Positions 9,508 through 19,978 of a DNA stretch of 64,000 bases are shown in pieces (the stretch's first letter is position 1; each line of letters begins with the position of its first letter). Under the pieces are notes generated by a model. That model searched no databases and was not told where the DNA came from. It worked only from the letters and a program-made list of their open reading frames with translations. This DNA comes from a virus. The stretch lies in IMG/VR virus record IMGVR_UViG_3300025676_000013; one strand, 5' to 3'. A program made the translations under genes and the position numbers.

Positions 9508-9624
9508 CGTTTTTCTCCTATATTAAAAGTAATATTTTATATCTATGACTAAGGTTCCCCACACGTTGTACCGTTATTCAGTTATCTTGCGATTCATCCG
9601 TGGAAGTCTCTACATCATTACACA

Positions 9625-9632
9625 TATTTATA
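9625..9632 (-). promoter_or_regulatory. Late promoter for gp18-gp19
   Basis: TATAAATA on the minus strand, about 118 nt upstream of the gp18 ATG; GGAG RBS present. Confidence 0.8.
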
Positions 9633-9660
9633 AAATATCAGTCTTTAGAAGCCTCTACTA

Positions 9661-9861
9661 TCACTTCTGGCACTGCTTTTCCGCTTCTTCTTCATCCATT
9701 CCTTCGCAAATTAGTTTTGCTAGTTTGCCTTTATATCGTTTTCCCATATGAAATACATTTTCTCTCTGCCAAGCCATTGCTCCTCGGGGATTACATTCAC
9801 ATTGCCATCTAAATTGTGCATCACACTTCCTACAGTAACGGGACTTTATATTGGTATTCAT
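9661..9861 (-). CDS. Small Cys-containing hypothetical protein
   Basis: 66 aa, co-oriented, fills the gp17-gp18 gap; CRKC...CEC motif. Confidence 0.5.
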   Translation of the reverse strand: MNTNIKSRYCRKCDAQFRWQCECNPRGAMAWQRENVFHMGKRYKGKLAKLICEGMDEEEAEKQCQK

Positions 9862-9893
9862 TCGCTCTAAAAAGAGTCTCCTTGAGTTAGGTG

Positions 9894-11474
<1,581 letters not shown>

Positions 11475-11480
11475 TTACCT

Positions 11481-11855
11481 TTATTCAGATGTTTTTTCTC
11501 CAACACCGTCTTTTTCAATAATCTGTTGCATCAGGAATTTCATTCCATCGTCTAGTTTATCTAGTTTAGTGTTTAAAGTTTTTTGAGTGATAACCATTTC
11601 ATCAAATAGTTTGTTGTACTCAGCATCTTGTTTATTTCGGGCCTCAATTTGCAATAGTCTATTATTAAACTCTGAATTAGTCTTTTCACTCATTTCAATA
11701 TAAACGACCATTCGTTCAACATCTCGTATCATATCCATCATAGAAGTGATACCGAATATTATTGCGGCAACGCATATGACCTGAACCACTGTTTGAATTG
11801 TACCGATGTTTGTGCTTACTCTTTGTTGTTGCATTGTAGGTTCCTCTTGGGTCAT
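11481..11855 (-). CDS. Single-pass membrane, coiled-coil hypothetical protein
   Basis: Hydrophobic VVQVICVAAIIFGI followed by a long amphipathic helix; fills the gp16-gp17 gap. Confidence 0.6.
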   Translation of the reverse strand: MTQEEPTMQQQRVSTNIGTIQTVVQVICVAAIIFGITSMMDMIRDVERMVVYIEMSEKTNSEFNNRLLQIEARNKQDAEYNKLFDEMVITQKTLNTKLDKLDDGMKFLMQQIIEKDGVGEKTSE

Positions 11856-11870
11856 AGGGAATAAATAACT

Positions 11871-12377
11871 CTAGTCATTAATCTTATCGTCACTTATTGT
11901 CTTTCCCTTTAGTATATTCTGCAAATCTGCCGTTGAACCTACATATAGATTGTTGACGTTGGTTTTTGGTGCCTCGCCCTCTCTCATATTTTTTAGTTCT
12001 TTTTGCATCTTTAGTAGTTCCATAGTCGTATCGGAAACATTTTTTATTAGACCACTAGCGACTTCATATGCTCGTGGATGTTCCATTTCTTTAGCAAGTT
12101 CTAATATTCCCTCAAGGGCCTCATTACCTCTTTCAATGAGATTATAAAGATTATCTCTTGCGTATCCATAATCTGTATCCAAATCACCCTTATGTGAGTC
12201 AGAAATCTTAGCCGACCTAGGAGTTAAACCTCTCTCCCTGCGAACACTCATTATCCTATCACTGTCTTTTGCGGGTATAATCTCTGGATAGTCGGGTTGC
12301 TCATATTGTTCTATGATATCATCAACCTTCGCATTCAATTCTTCATCTAATCTAGCGTTTACTGTTTTCTTCGCCAT
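11871..12377 (-). CDS. gp16: Terminase small subunit, T4 gp16-like
   Basis: DYGYARDNLYNLIERG, HPRAYEVASGLIKNVSDTTMELLKMQK, NNLYVGSTADLQNILK. Confidence 0.92.
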   Translation of the reverse strand: MAKKTVNARLDEELNAKVDDIIEQYEQPDYPEIIPAKDSDRIMSVRRERGLTPRSAKISDSHKGDLDTDYGYARDNLYNLIERGNEALEGILELAKEMEHPRAYEVASGLIKNVSDTTMELLKMQKELKNMREGEAPKTNVNNLYVGSTADLQNILKGKTISDDKIND

Positions 12378-12393
12378 AATCTAAAACTCCTAA

Positions 12394-13203
12394 TCAATCA
12401 AGCGGCCACTTCACTGGCGCCATAGTATCTACGTCTTCTGTGTTATTTGGGTCATCTGGATGCCCTGCTTCAAGTGCCACAGTCCAATTATCATCAGCAT
12501 CAGAACCCCAAGGGTCTACGCTCATATTTACTTGTTCGAGTGGCGCTTCCCCATCTGCTGGGTCTAGCGAACCAACCATATAATTTGTAACAACCTTTTT
12601 GATAATTCCTTGCTCGTGTATTGGTGGATATAACCAACCACGAATTAAAAAGTCTAATTGCCAATTGACAATTCGATGGTCGCCAAAAGTACCTTCAAAT
12701 TCATCCGTCATTGTGACACCTGTTAATTCGATAGGAATATCTCTCTTCATATCTAATTCAGGAACTTCTTCAATAACGACATTGAAATCTGGTTGAAAAT
12801 ATGGTACAATTTGCTCTATAATCTGTAAGCCATCATCCATCAAATCACAATATACATCAAGTGTAAATGTGAAATTGTATGGGATTGGCGATAATATCGT
12901 ATGTGCTTTGTCTGTACCAGTCTTATTAAATCTATGTGTCTGCATCTGATTACCCGCACGGGAGTAATCTGCTTCAATACCGTTAAGAATAAATCCCATT
13001 CTAGGGACTTGTTTGTTTGTAGCGGCATCTTTAATCAGCCTTGCTAGATATTTCTTCTGAGACTCATATGCTAGAGGTACTCGAATATCTTTAATTAATG
13101 TACCATCTGATTCGGTTCTTTGAACGTGAATATTATTAAACACTGAGCCGAACGCAATAATGAGTTTCTTCGTTGTTCCGTGATAAAAAGTAGTTCCGAA
13201 CAT
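12394..13203 (-). CDS. gp15: Tail sheath stabilizer, T4 gp15-like
   Basis: FYHGTTKKLIIAFGSVFNNI, VPLAYESQKK, PIPYNFTFTL, QIIEQIVPYFQPDF. Confidence 0.93.
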   Translation of the reverse strand: MFGTTFYHGTTKKLIIAFGSVFNNIHVQRTESDGTLIKDIRVPLAYESQKKYLARLIKDAATNKQVPRMGFILNGIEADYSRAGNQMQTHRFNKTGTDKAHTILSPIPYNFTFTLDVYCDLMDDGLQIIEQIVPYFQPDFNVVIEEVPELDMKRDIPIELTGVTMTDEFEGTFGDHRIVNWQLDFLIRGWLYPPIHEQGIIKKVVTNYMVGSLDPADGEAPLEQVNMSVDPWGSDADDNWTVALEAGHPDDPNNTEDVDTMAPVKWPLD

Positions 13204-13817
13204 TAGTTAGTACTCCCAAAAGGATTCATCTCTGATAAATCAAAAACATCATCATCCATAGTATCCCAATCTGGTGTACCAAGTTCACTGTCGATTGCGG
13301 CCTGTATTTCAGCCTCTACGCCTTCTATTTCAGCATCAACAACATCAATTGCTTCACCACCATATTCCCAAGGTTTAAGCGTTAAAGTCCACACGTGTTG
13401 TGGTCCTTCTGGCGTTGGATAGAATGAACTGTCATTGCCTACAAATGTTACTTCAAATAATGCTTCTGCATCTGCAAAGAATAACAAATCTCCTGCAATT
13501 GGTTTATCATCGTCTGTAGCCGCGGTTTGTTCTGCAAATGATGCCTTCGTAAAGGAAACTTTCATTTCGTCTGTAACAGACACACCAAATTTGCCGTAGA
13601 AATCTCCGACATCTCCGTATTCTTGGTAATCGTCAATCAGGATATTAAACTGCCATACAGTATCAAACTTGCTCGTGGGGTCTTCCCCAAAAACAGGGTC
13701 GAGACCAGTCCCATACTTCCGCGGAAGATACTTTGCAGTAAACCCAATTACGGCAACTACTTCTTCAACGATATCCTTAATCATTGGCGATTTGGACATA
13801 TTATCGAACATACCCAT
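13203..13817 (-). CDS. gp14: Neck protein, T4 gp14-like
   Basis: YLPR, FGEDPTSKF, KFGVSVTDE, GDLLFF, FEVTFV, NPFG end; between gp13 and gp15. Confidence 0.88.
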   Translation of the reverse strand: MGMFDNMSKSPMIKDIVEEVVAVIGFTAKYLPRKYGTGLDPVFGEDPTSKFDTVWQFNILIDDYQEYGDVGDFYGKFGVSVTDEMKVSFTKASFAEQTAATDDDKPIAGDLLFFADAEALFEVTFVGNDSSFYPTPEGPQHVWTLTLKPWEYGGEAIDVVDAEIEGVEAEIQAAIDSELGTPDWDTMDDDVFDLSEMNPFGSTN

Positions 13818-13821
13818 CGTA

Positions 13822-14634
13822 TTATCCTACTAAGAAATTAACCGGAAGTTCATAATTAAGTGAAAATTCTTCTTGAAGTTTCTCAATCTCTTCTTTCGCT
13901 TCATCCCAAACTTGTTGCCCATTTACTGTAATCCCACCAGGCAATGGCATTCCGTCAAATTGTTTCATATTTGCACCCCATTGCTGTTTTATCTGAGCAG
14001 TGGCATACTTCTTCACCCATTCATCGTTATATACATCTACAGCGAATCCGGTTGCTTCATCTGGAGTAACTGCTTTCCACGCCCTTAGAAGCATAGAGTG
14101 TCCTTTAGTCCAAGTACCTGAAGCGGCTTCACAAGCGGCTTGAGTTAGTATCGTATCATCTGAACAACTTGGTCCAATGATTTTGCCAGAGTGTGAGTGT
14201 AATTGATTTGTTGCTTTATTGAAAGAAAATGTTCTGTCTGGATTAAAATAACTGGCAACCATATCTAAATGTTGCATTGTTATTTCATAATATGCCATAC
14301 TAACTTTGGTCATATCAAACATCTCATCCGCCATAATCTTGTAACGGACATCATTCATTGCTTCTGAGGAGAATCGTCCTGGCTCAAATATCCTAGTTAC
14401 TGCTATAATTGATTCATCTAGCGTAATATACTGATTAGTAGCATCAAGCGCCGTGAACTCTACAGTAAGAAACTTTTCCTCTGCACCATCAAAATGTCGC
14501 TCAATGAAGAGTTGAATCGCATCATCAATTCGGTCGAATGCCTGTATAGGCTCGACTTGAATTTCTATCTTAGGAGAACCTAGTTTCCTAAAAGCGTAAT
14601 CCATTAACTCCTGTGCTGTCTGTATTTTTGCCAT
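13822..14634 (-). CDS. gp13: Neck protein, T4 gp13-like, with inserted Cys module
   Basis: YAFRKLGSPKIEI, WVKKYATAQIKQQWGANMKQFDGMPLPGGITVNG. Confidence 0.92.
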   Translation of the reverse strand: MAKIQTAQELMDYAFRKLGSPKIEIQVEPIQAFDRIDDAIQLFIERHFDGAEEKFLTVEFTALDATNQYITLDESIIAVTRIFEPGRFSSEAMNDVRYKIMADEMFDMTKVSMAYYEITMQHLDMVASYFNPDRTFSFNKATNQLHSHSGKIIGPSCSDDTILTQAACEAASGTWTKGHSMLLRAWKAVTPDEATGFAVDVYNDEWVKKYATAQIKQQWGANMKQFDGMPLPGGITVNGQQVWDEAKEEIEKLQEEFSLNYELPVNFLVG

Positions 14635-14660
14635 AATTTACCTCGTATTCATTTCTTGTT

Positions 14661-15029
14661 CTATTTATGTTGTTTCAATTCTTTCATAATTGTCTTGTAC
14701 TGCTTCCTTATGGACCATCTGAACCTTAGTATCGTATAGATAAACGTAGAAATTGTGAGTGAATATCCAATATGGATTACGGCTTGAATCATATGTGGTT
14801 GTCCTTGTTGGTCTACGGCCATCATTGCCATCGTTTGTAAATCTGTATAACACAGGAAACAGTTATATGAACTGTAGAACTCTATGAGGGCTCCGAGCAA
14901 AATTGCAGAGCGTGCCCAACAGGAATAATACTTTCTGTGACGTAATGTAAAGAAGAATGCTCCGAAGGCTAGGGCTGTTACTATTATTGAGAGATATTTC
15001 TCGACTTCAAAAATTATTGTTGTATCCAT
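14661..15029 (-). CDS. Multi-pass membrane protein (holin candidate)
   Basis: Three hydrophobic segments and a basic C-terminal tail (RWSIRKQYKTIMKELKQHK). Confidence 0.5.
   Translation of the reverse strand: MDTTIIFEVEKYLSIIVTALAFGAFFFTLRHRKYYSCWARSAILLGALIEFYSSYNCFLCYTDLQTMAMMAVDQQGQPHMIQAVIHIGYSLTISTFIYTILRFRWSIRKQYKTIMKELKQHK
14662..14669 (-). promoter_or_regulatory. Late promoter variant for gp13
   Basis: CATAAATA (N-ATAAATA) 28 nt upstream of the gp13 ATG. Confidence 0.55.
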
Positions 15030-15036
15030 TATAGTC

Positions 15037-15306
15037 TCATCCGCTCTTAATCCAATATATCACCAGGCCAATGCCAGCGGACAATATAAGCCAAAAGAGC
15101 CTCTCTCCGTTACCTATCTGCATTTTGCTAGTAGAAATGTCTACCTGTTGGTCATCGGTTTGGTCAATTAGTTTATCCAACTTCTTTTCGATGCGGTCCA
15201 CAGAGTTGTAAACCGTTTTCATCTGTTCTTCAAGTCGGGTAATTCTTTCTTTCATATTATCAATACCGGACCACAGTCTTTCTAGCGTTTCTCTTCCTGT
15301 GTCCAT
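15037..15306 (-). CDS. Coiled coil with C-terminal TM helix, XhlA/haemolysin-like lysis accessory candidate
   Basis: ERITRLEEQMKTVYNSVDRIEKKLDKL followed by LFWLILSAGIGLVIYWI. Confidence 0.5.
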   Translation of the reverse strand: MDTGRETLERLWSGIDNMKERITRLEEQMKTVYNSVDRIEKKLDKLIDQTDDQQVDISTSKMQIGNGERLFWLILSAGIGLVIYWIKSG

Positions 15307-15375
15307 ATTTTCCCTAACGTATATATAATTGTGTTACTTTAAAATTAAATAGTCTCTTCTAAGTGGCTATAATAG

Positions 15376-15383
15376 TATTTATA
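15376..15383 (-). promoter_or_regulatory. Late promoter for the membrane genes and gp13 onward
   Basis: TATAAATA on the minus strand; adjacent to a plus-strand TATAAT (15368-15373) upstream of hldE. Confidence 0.75.
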
Positions 15384-15409
15384 TAAAAGTGTGAGTTGGA
15401 GATGATATT

Positions 15410-16654
15410 ATGAATAAACGAATTTATGTAGTGGGTGATGTGATGCTAGACACATACTGGTCAGGAGTCTCGACCCGTATCTCGCCTGAATGTCCCGTAC
15501 CAGTAGTAGATGATGTGCAGATAGAAAATCGACTAGGAGGCGCTGGTAACGTCTGCCAGTCGCTTAAAGTATTTACAGACGATGTAGTGCTTTACTCTGT
15601 GGTTGGTCTGGATAGAGAGGGTGCTACTGTCGCCCAACTACTTGCTGATAGCGACATCACAAACAACTTGGCTCTGGGCCCAGAGTCAAAAACAGTCACT
15701 AAAACACGTATACTGTCGAATGACCAACAACTCTGTCGATTAGACAGTGGGTACGTTAAAGACGCTCCTCCCTCATTTGGAGAGTCACCAGACGTTGTTA
15801 TAATAAGCGATTATGGCAAGGGTACGATAACACCTGAAGTAATTGACAAGATTATCTATGATAACGACTGCCCTATTCTAGTTGACCCAAAAGGAACAAA
15901 CTGGGAAAAGTACACTGGTGTCTACGCAATAACTCCTAATAGAAAAGAATTTGAAGATGCGTATGGAGAATTGACATTTGAAAACGCTACAGAGGTTATA
16001 GAAGATTTGGATATACAAGGAATTCTAATAACTCTAGGTGCAAATGGAATGTGGTGGATTGGTAAAGACGGCACATCTATTATAAGACCAGTACCTGAAA
16101 TCGACCAAGTTCGAGATGTTACTGGCGCAGGAGATACCGTAATCGCAACCTTTGGTCTATTTCTAGATAGAGGGATTACAGTTGCTATGGATTTAGCAAA
16201 TAGGGCCGCTGGTAATGTTGTAACTAAATTAGGTACATCGATTCCAGACAAGGAGGCCGTTGTTGAGACTGTAGTATTCACAAACGGGTGCTTTGACATC
16301 ATTCATTCAGGACATATCTCCTTGCTCAATCAGGCATCTTCGTTTGGAGACAGGCTGGTGGTAGGGCTAAATAGTGATGCTTCGATGACTCGAATTAAAC
16401 GAAAACCTGTTAATAGTCAAGAAGAAAGGAAAAAAGTATTAGAAGCAATTACAGGAGTTGATAATGTAATTATATTTGAAGAAAATACACCATATGACTT
16501 GATTAAATCATTAGAACCTGATATAATAGTGAAAGGCGGTGATTACACAGTTGACCAAGTTGTCGGAAACGATTTAGCAGAGGTCAAGATTATCGATACT
16601 ATTAAAGGCAAAAGTACAAGTGAAACAATAGAGAGAGCAAAATATGTCAGATAA
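15410..16654 (+). CDS. hldE: Bifunctional heptose-7-phosphate kinase / heptose-1-phosphate adenylyltransferase
   Basis: PfkB-type kinase (VGDVMLD...RISPECPVPVV, GGAGNV, DVTGAGDTV) fused to a nucleotidyltransferase (FTNGCFDIIHSGH, VVGLNSDAS, KGGDY); GGAG RBS. Confidence 0.93.
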   Translation: MNKRIYVVGDVMLDTYWSGVSTRISPECPVPVVDDVQIENRLGGAGNVCQSLKVFTDDVVLYSVVGLDREGATVAQLLADSDITNNLALGPESKTVTKTRILSNDQQLCRLDSGYVKDAPPSFGESPDVVIISDYGKGTITPEVIDKIIYDNDCPILVDPKGTNWEKYTGVYAITPNRKEFEDAYGELTFENATEVIEDLDIQGILITLGANGMWWIGKDGTSIIRPVPEIDQVRDVTGAGDTVIATFGLFLDRGITVAMDLANRAAGNVVTKLGTSIPDKEAVVETVVFTNGCFDIIHSGHISLLNQASSFGDRLVVGLNSDASMTRIKRKPVNSQEERKKVLEAITGVDNVIIFEENTPYDLIKSLEPDIIVKGGDYTVDQVVGNDLAEVKIIDTIKGKSTSETIERAKYVR

Positions 16655-17084
16655 AATTATTAAAGGATGGGGTCACGAACTCATCATTGAAAGCAATGAA
16701 ACCTACTGTATGAAACAACTCTGTTTCTTTGCAAAGGGACACAAATCATCCTTTCACTTCCACAAAAACAAAACAGAAACTTGGTTAATACAAAAAGGTT
16801 CTGTTTCAGTTGAAATGATGGATATGAAAGATGCGACCACTAGAACTATTATTTTAAAAGAGGGAGATACGCTTCATATACCGCCAATGACTCCTCATCA
16901 AGTAACTAATCTAATCCCAGAAACAGTTATCCTCGAGGCATCTAGTAAAGACACACCCGAGGATAATTATCGTATTGCACCTGGAGATTCTCAGAAACTA
17001 GGAAAAAGACCTACTCAGTTTGTCCAAGAGGACATAAAACCAGGCGATTATACTAGGGGAGAAAAACGAGACATTATGGTCTAG
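16644..17084 (+). CDS. Cupin-fold putative sugar isomerase
   Basis: KGWGHE...SFHFHKNKTETW...IPPMTPHQ cupin metal motifs; overlaps the hldE stop. Confidence 0.75.
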   Translation: MSDKIIKGWGHELIIESNETYCMKQLCFFAKGHKSSFHFHKNKTETWLIQKGSVSVEMMDMKDATTRTIILKEGDTLHIPPMTPHQVTNLIPETVILEASSKDTPEDNYRIAPGDSQKLGKRPTQFVQEDIKPGDYTRGEKRDIMV

Positions 17085-18183
17085 CAGGAATAGAGAATCC
17101 TGCGTTATCCATATTTGCACAAGTGTACGTTTGATAATGCAGGGCTAATTCTTCAGGCATTGGGATATAACGAATAGCATCTTCATCACCGTCAACCACT
17201 TCTAGTGCTAATTCAAGGAATGAACGAACCTCACCCATACCAACATTATATACGCCACTTCGTGCTTGACTCATTGCATTTATTGTACAATACACGGCCG
17301 CTTCAACGGTAATAAAGTCTCGTTTGAATTGGTCTGAACCAATAAACAAACTAACTTTACCACTTTTAGCATATTGTTCTTTCATCCAACAAGTCGCAGA
17401 TTTCATACCATCTTTATGTTGTTCGTGTTCTCCATCTGAAGTAACATTAAAATATCTTAGACCAACAATTTTTGCTTTGTCAAGAGAATCAAATTTCCTC
17501 TGGTATTTATCTGCTTGAAGTTTTGATAATGCGTAATAATTGTTTGGTGTGTAATCATCACTCTTATCATCAAACTCGGCCCACTCTTTATCAATATCCC
17601 CATAGACAGCGGCAGAAGAAGCATAGACCATTGGAACATTATTCATAGCACAAATGTCCATAAGATTGCAGGTATATTGATAGTTATTTTCCATCAAATA
17701 TTTCCCATCAGTACAAGTAGTGGCACTTTCAGCACCAAGATGATAAAGACACTCTACCATTTTATTCTGCACCATAAATGAGAACAATTCAATAAATTTA
17801 GATTTGTCTATGTAGTCTTGGAATTTAAGGTGTTTGATGTTATGAATTTTTCTTGGGTCAGACAAATCATCAACTAGAATGATATTCTCTTGTCCTCGTG
17901 CATTCAAATTCTTTATCAAATGAGTACCAATAAATCCTGCTCCACCAGTAACGATAATTAATTTATCGCCACCGAACTGCCCGATTGCATCTTCTGGAGC
18001 GGCGTGTTCCTCTGGGTCAGGCGGACGTTGCATTAACTCCTCAGTTTGTGGTGCGGCGTGTACCTCTAACACCTCATTCTCTTCATCCAAATCGTGGTTC
18101 GGGTCATCACCCATTACGTGACCATCTCTGATATTCATCATATCTTCATTAGTAAGTTGGCTAACATCTTTCTTATCAGTCAT
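17074..18183 (-). CDS. hldD: ADP-L-glycero-D-manno-heptose 6-epimerase with acidic N-terminal extension
   Basis: IIVTGGAGFIG, LYHLGAESATT, NNYQYT, YASSAAVYG, YALSK (YxxxK), GLRYFNV, FKRDF, YQTYTCA. Confidence 0.88.
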   Translation of the reverse strand: MTDKKDVSQLTNEDMMNIRDGHVMGDDPNHDLDEENEVLEVHAAPQTEELMQRPPDPEEHAAPEDAIGQFGGDKLIIVTGGAGFIGTHLIKNLNARGQENIILVDDLSDPRKIHNIKHLKFQDYIDKSKFIELFSFMVQNKMVECLYHLGAESATTCTDGKYLMENNYQYTCNLMDICAMNNVPMVYASSAAVYGDIDKEWAEFDDKSDDYTPNNYYALSKLQADKYQRKFDSLDKAKIVGLRYFNVTSDGEHEQHKDGMKSATCWMKEQYAKSGKVSLFIGSDQFKRDFITVEAAVYCTINAMSQARSGVYNVGMGEVRSFLELALEVVDGDEDAIRYIPMPEELALHYQTYTCANMDNAGFSIPARP

Positions 18184-19978
18184 CTGTTTTCTCCTTGTTT
18201 TTCACTTCAATAATTAGATTATTATCTGGTATGTACAAATATTCAATATCACTATCTCGTAAAGTTCTGATAGCATCATCGATTGTTTCTACCAGAGGTT
18301 CACCACCTAAATTAAACGATGTATTAAATAAGATAGGTACTCCAGTTTGAATGTGAAATTCTTTTATCATTGCATAGTAAATTGGATTCTGGTGTTCTTT
18401 AACAGTCTGAATCCTACACGTACCATCTATATGGATAATTGCAGGAATCATTGCCGCGTGTTCTTCAGTAGCACAATTCATTGCGTACATCATATGAGGA
18501 GATTCTTCCATTCCTCTCATATCGAACCACTCATCGGCGTGTTCGTGAAGAATGCTTCCAGCAAATGGCCGGAAATATTCTCTATGTTTTACTGAGTTAA
18601 CGTAATCTTTTCCTTCTGGTGTTCTTGGGTCATATAAGATAGAACGATTACCCAATGCTCGTGGACCATTCTCACACTTGCTTTGAAACAATGTAACAAT
18701 ATTCCCTTGCAAAATTAGTTTAACAGCATCTTCTGGAGTTTGATTATTTGTAACAGCGGTTGCTCCATAGGCTTTCGCAATCTCAACAATCTCATCATCA
18801 GTTGATTTCACTTCTGGACCAAGAAACAATGACTCACCAAACGGACGAACTGTTTTGTCTTTAGTAACATTATAGTGAATAAGTAATGCCGCACCCATAG
18901 CGGTACCAGCATCATTTGATATAGGCTCAACATATAGATTAATGCCTTCTTCTTTTAATTGCTCAAGATACCAATAATTAGCAACACAATTTAGACCATA
19001 ACCACCAGAAATGACAACATTTTTATTGCCACTCATTGCTACGGCTTTACGAATGAGCGTAAGTACCATTGATTGAGATTCAGTTTGAATAGCATATGCC
19101 ATATCTCTACGATTTTGTAGTAGAGTTACATCACCCTTCATCTCCTCTTCTGTACTTGTTAATGATTCATATCTGCCTTCATTGACAAGAGCACCATTAG
19201 GATAAGTTGGAATAATGACATTTCTATCAGTAGTCAACCACTTTCCACTTGGTCCGCCATCTGTGTAAATTGCAGGAATATCTTCGTTATATTTTCCGTA
19301 AGGGAAAAGACCCATAGTCTTTCCTGCTTCAATGGGCTGCCATCCACAATATTGTGTAACTGCCTCATATGCTTTTACGATACCACCAGAATCATCAAGA
19401 ACTAGTTCGTGTCTGCCTTCTTCTGCTTCTCGACCAGAATCCATATCTTTAACAGTAACAGAGGGCCAAGGGCCTCGACCACCCTGGTGTTTATAAAGAG
19501 TTTTAAATCTGTCTGGATAAGCACAATCAAAAATCGACTCTAGTTCCCAAGTCATTTCTTCTGCACCATTAATATTCATTGGAATGAAAGTTCCTGCACC
19601 ATCAACAATAAGAGCAACGGCAGATTCAAATCCACTTCGATAAAACGCACAAGAGGCGTGCATCTTGTGATGCCATTTATCCATCATTATTACTTGGTTG
19701 TTCGGGTCGTTAATTAGTCGCAATTTCCTGGCAAGTCCTACTATCACTTTATCGCCACTAAATTCTACTCGACTTTCATCTGGTTGAGTGTGACTAACAA
19801 CAAGATAATCAATCTTATCGGTGTATTCTAGAATTTTAACAAGGGAGGCATAAGGACCACCATCATATTTTTGTCTTGAAAGGCGTTCTTCTTCGATAGA
19901 GAAAACAATTTCACCATCTTTCAATAAACATACCCCACCATTGTGGCCTCGGGCAACGCCTGCAATCCATAAACTCAT
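18176..19978 (-). CDS. O-carbamoyltransferase (NodU/CmcH/TobZ family), copy A
   Basis: EEERLSRQK, HHKMH, DGAG, GKTMGL, SGGYGLNCVAN, NDAGTAMGAA, GPRALGNRSIL, KHREYFRPFA, NTSFN. Confidence 0.93.
   Translation of the reverse strand: MSLWIAGVARGHNGGVCLLKDGEIVFSIEEERLSRQKYDGGPYASLVKILEYTDKIDYLVVSHTQPDESRVEFSGDKVIVGLARKLRLINDPNNQVIMMDKWHHKMHASCAFYRSGFESAVALIVDGAGTFIPMNINGAEEMTWELESIFDCAYPDRFKTLYKHQGGRGPWPSVTVKDMDSGREAEEGRHELVLDDSGGIVKAYEAVTQYCGWQPIEAGKTMGLFPYGKYNEDIPAIYTDGGPSGKWLTTDRNVIIPTYPNGALVNEGRYESLTSTEEEMKGDVTLLQNRRDMAYAIQTESQSMVLTLIRKAVAMSGNKNVVISGGYGLNCVANYWYLEQLKEEGINLYVEPISNDAGTAMGAALLIHYNVTKDKTVRPFGESLFLGPEVKSTDDEIVEIAKAYGATAVTNNQTPEDAVKLILQGNIVTLFQSKCENGPRALGNRSILYDPRTPEGKDYVNSVKHREYFRPFAGSILHEHADEWFDMRGMEESPHMMYAMNCATEEHAAMIPAIIHIDGTCRIQTVKEHQNPIYYAMIKEFHIQTGVPILFNTSFNLGGEPLVETIDDAIRTLRDSDIEYLYIPDNNLIIEVKNKEKTDD
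19884..19924. repeat. 41-bp perfect direct repeat, copy 1 (copy 2 at 21674-21714)
   Basis: CGTTCTTCTTCGATAGAGAAAACAATTTCACCATCTTTCAA is identical near the 5' ends of both carbamoyltransferases. Confidence 0.9.

Noticed and set aside
15345-15373. sigma70 promoter for hldE
   Set aside because: TATAAT is perfect, but the -35 position reads TTAAAT and there is no proper TGn extension; plausible but not supportable as a separate feature.
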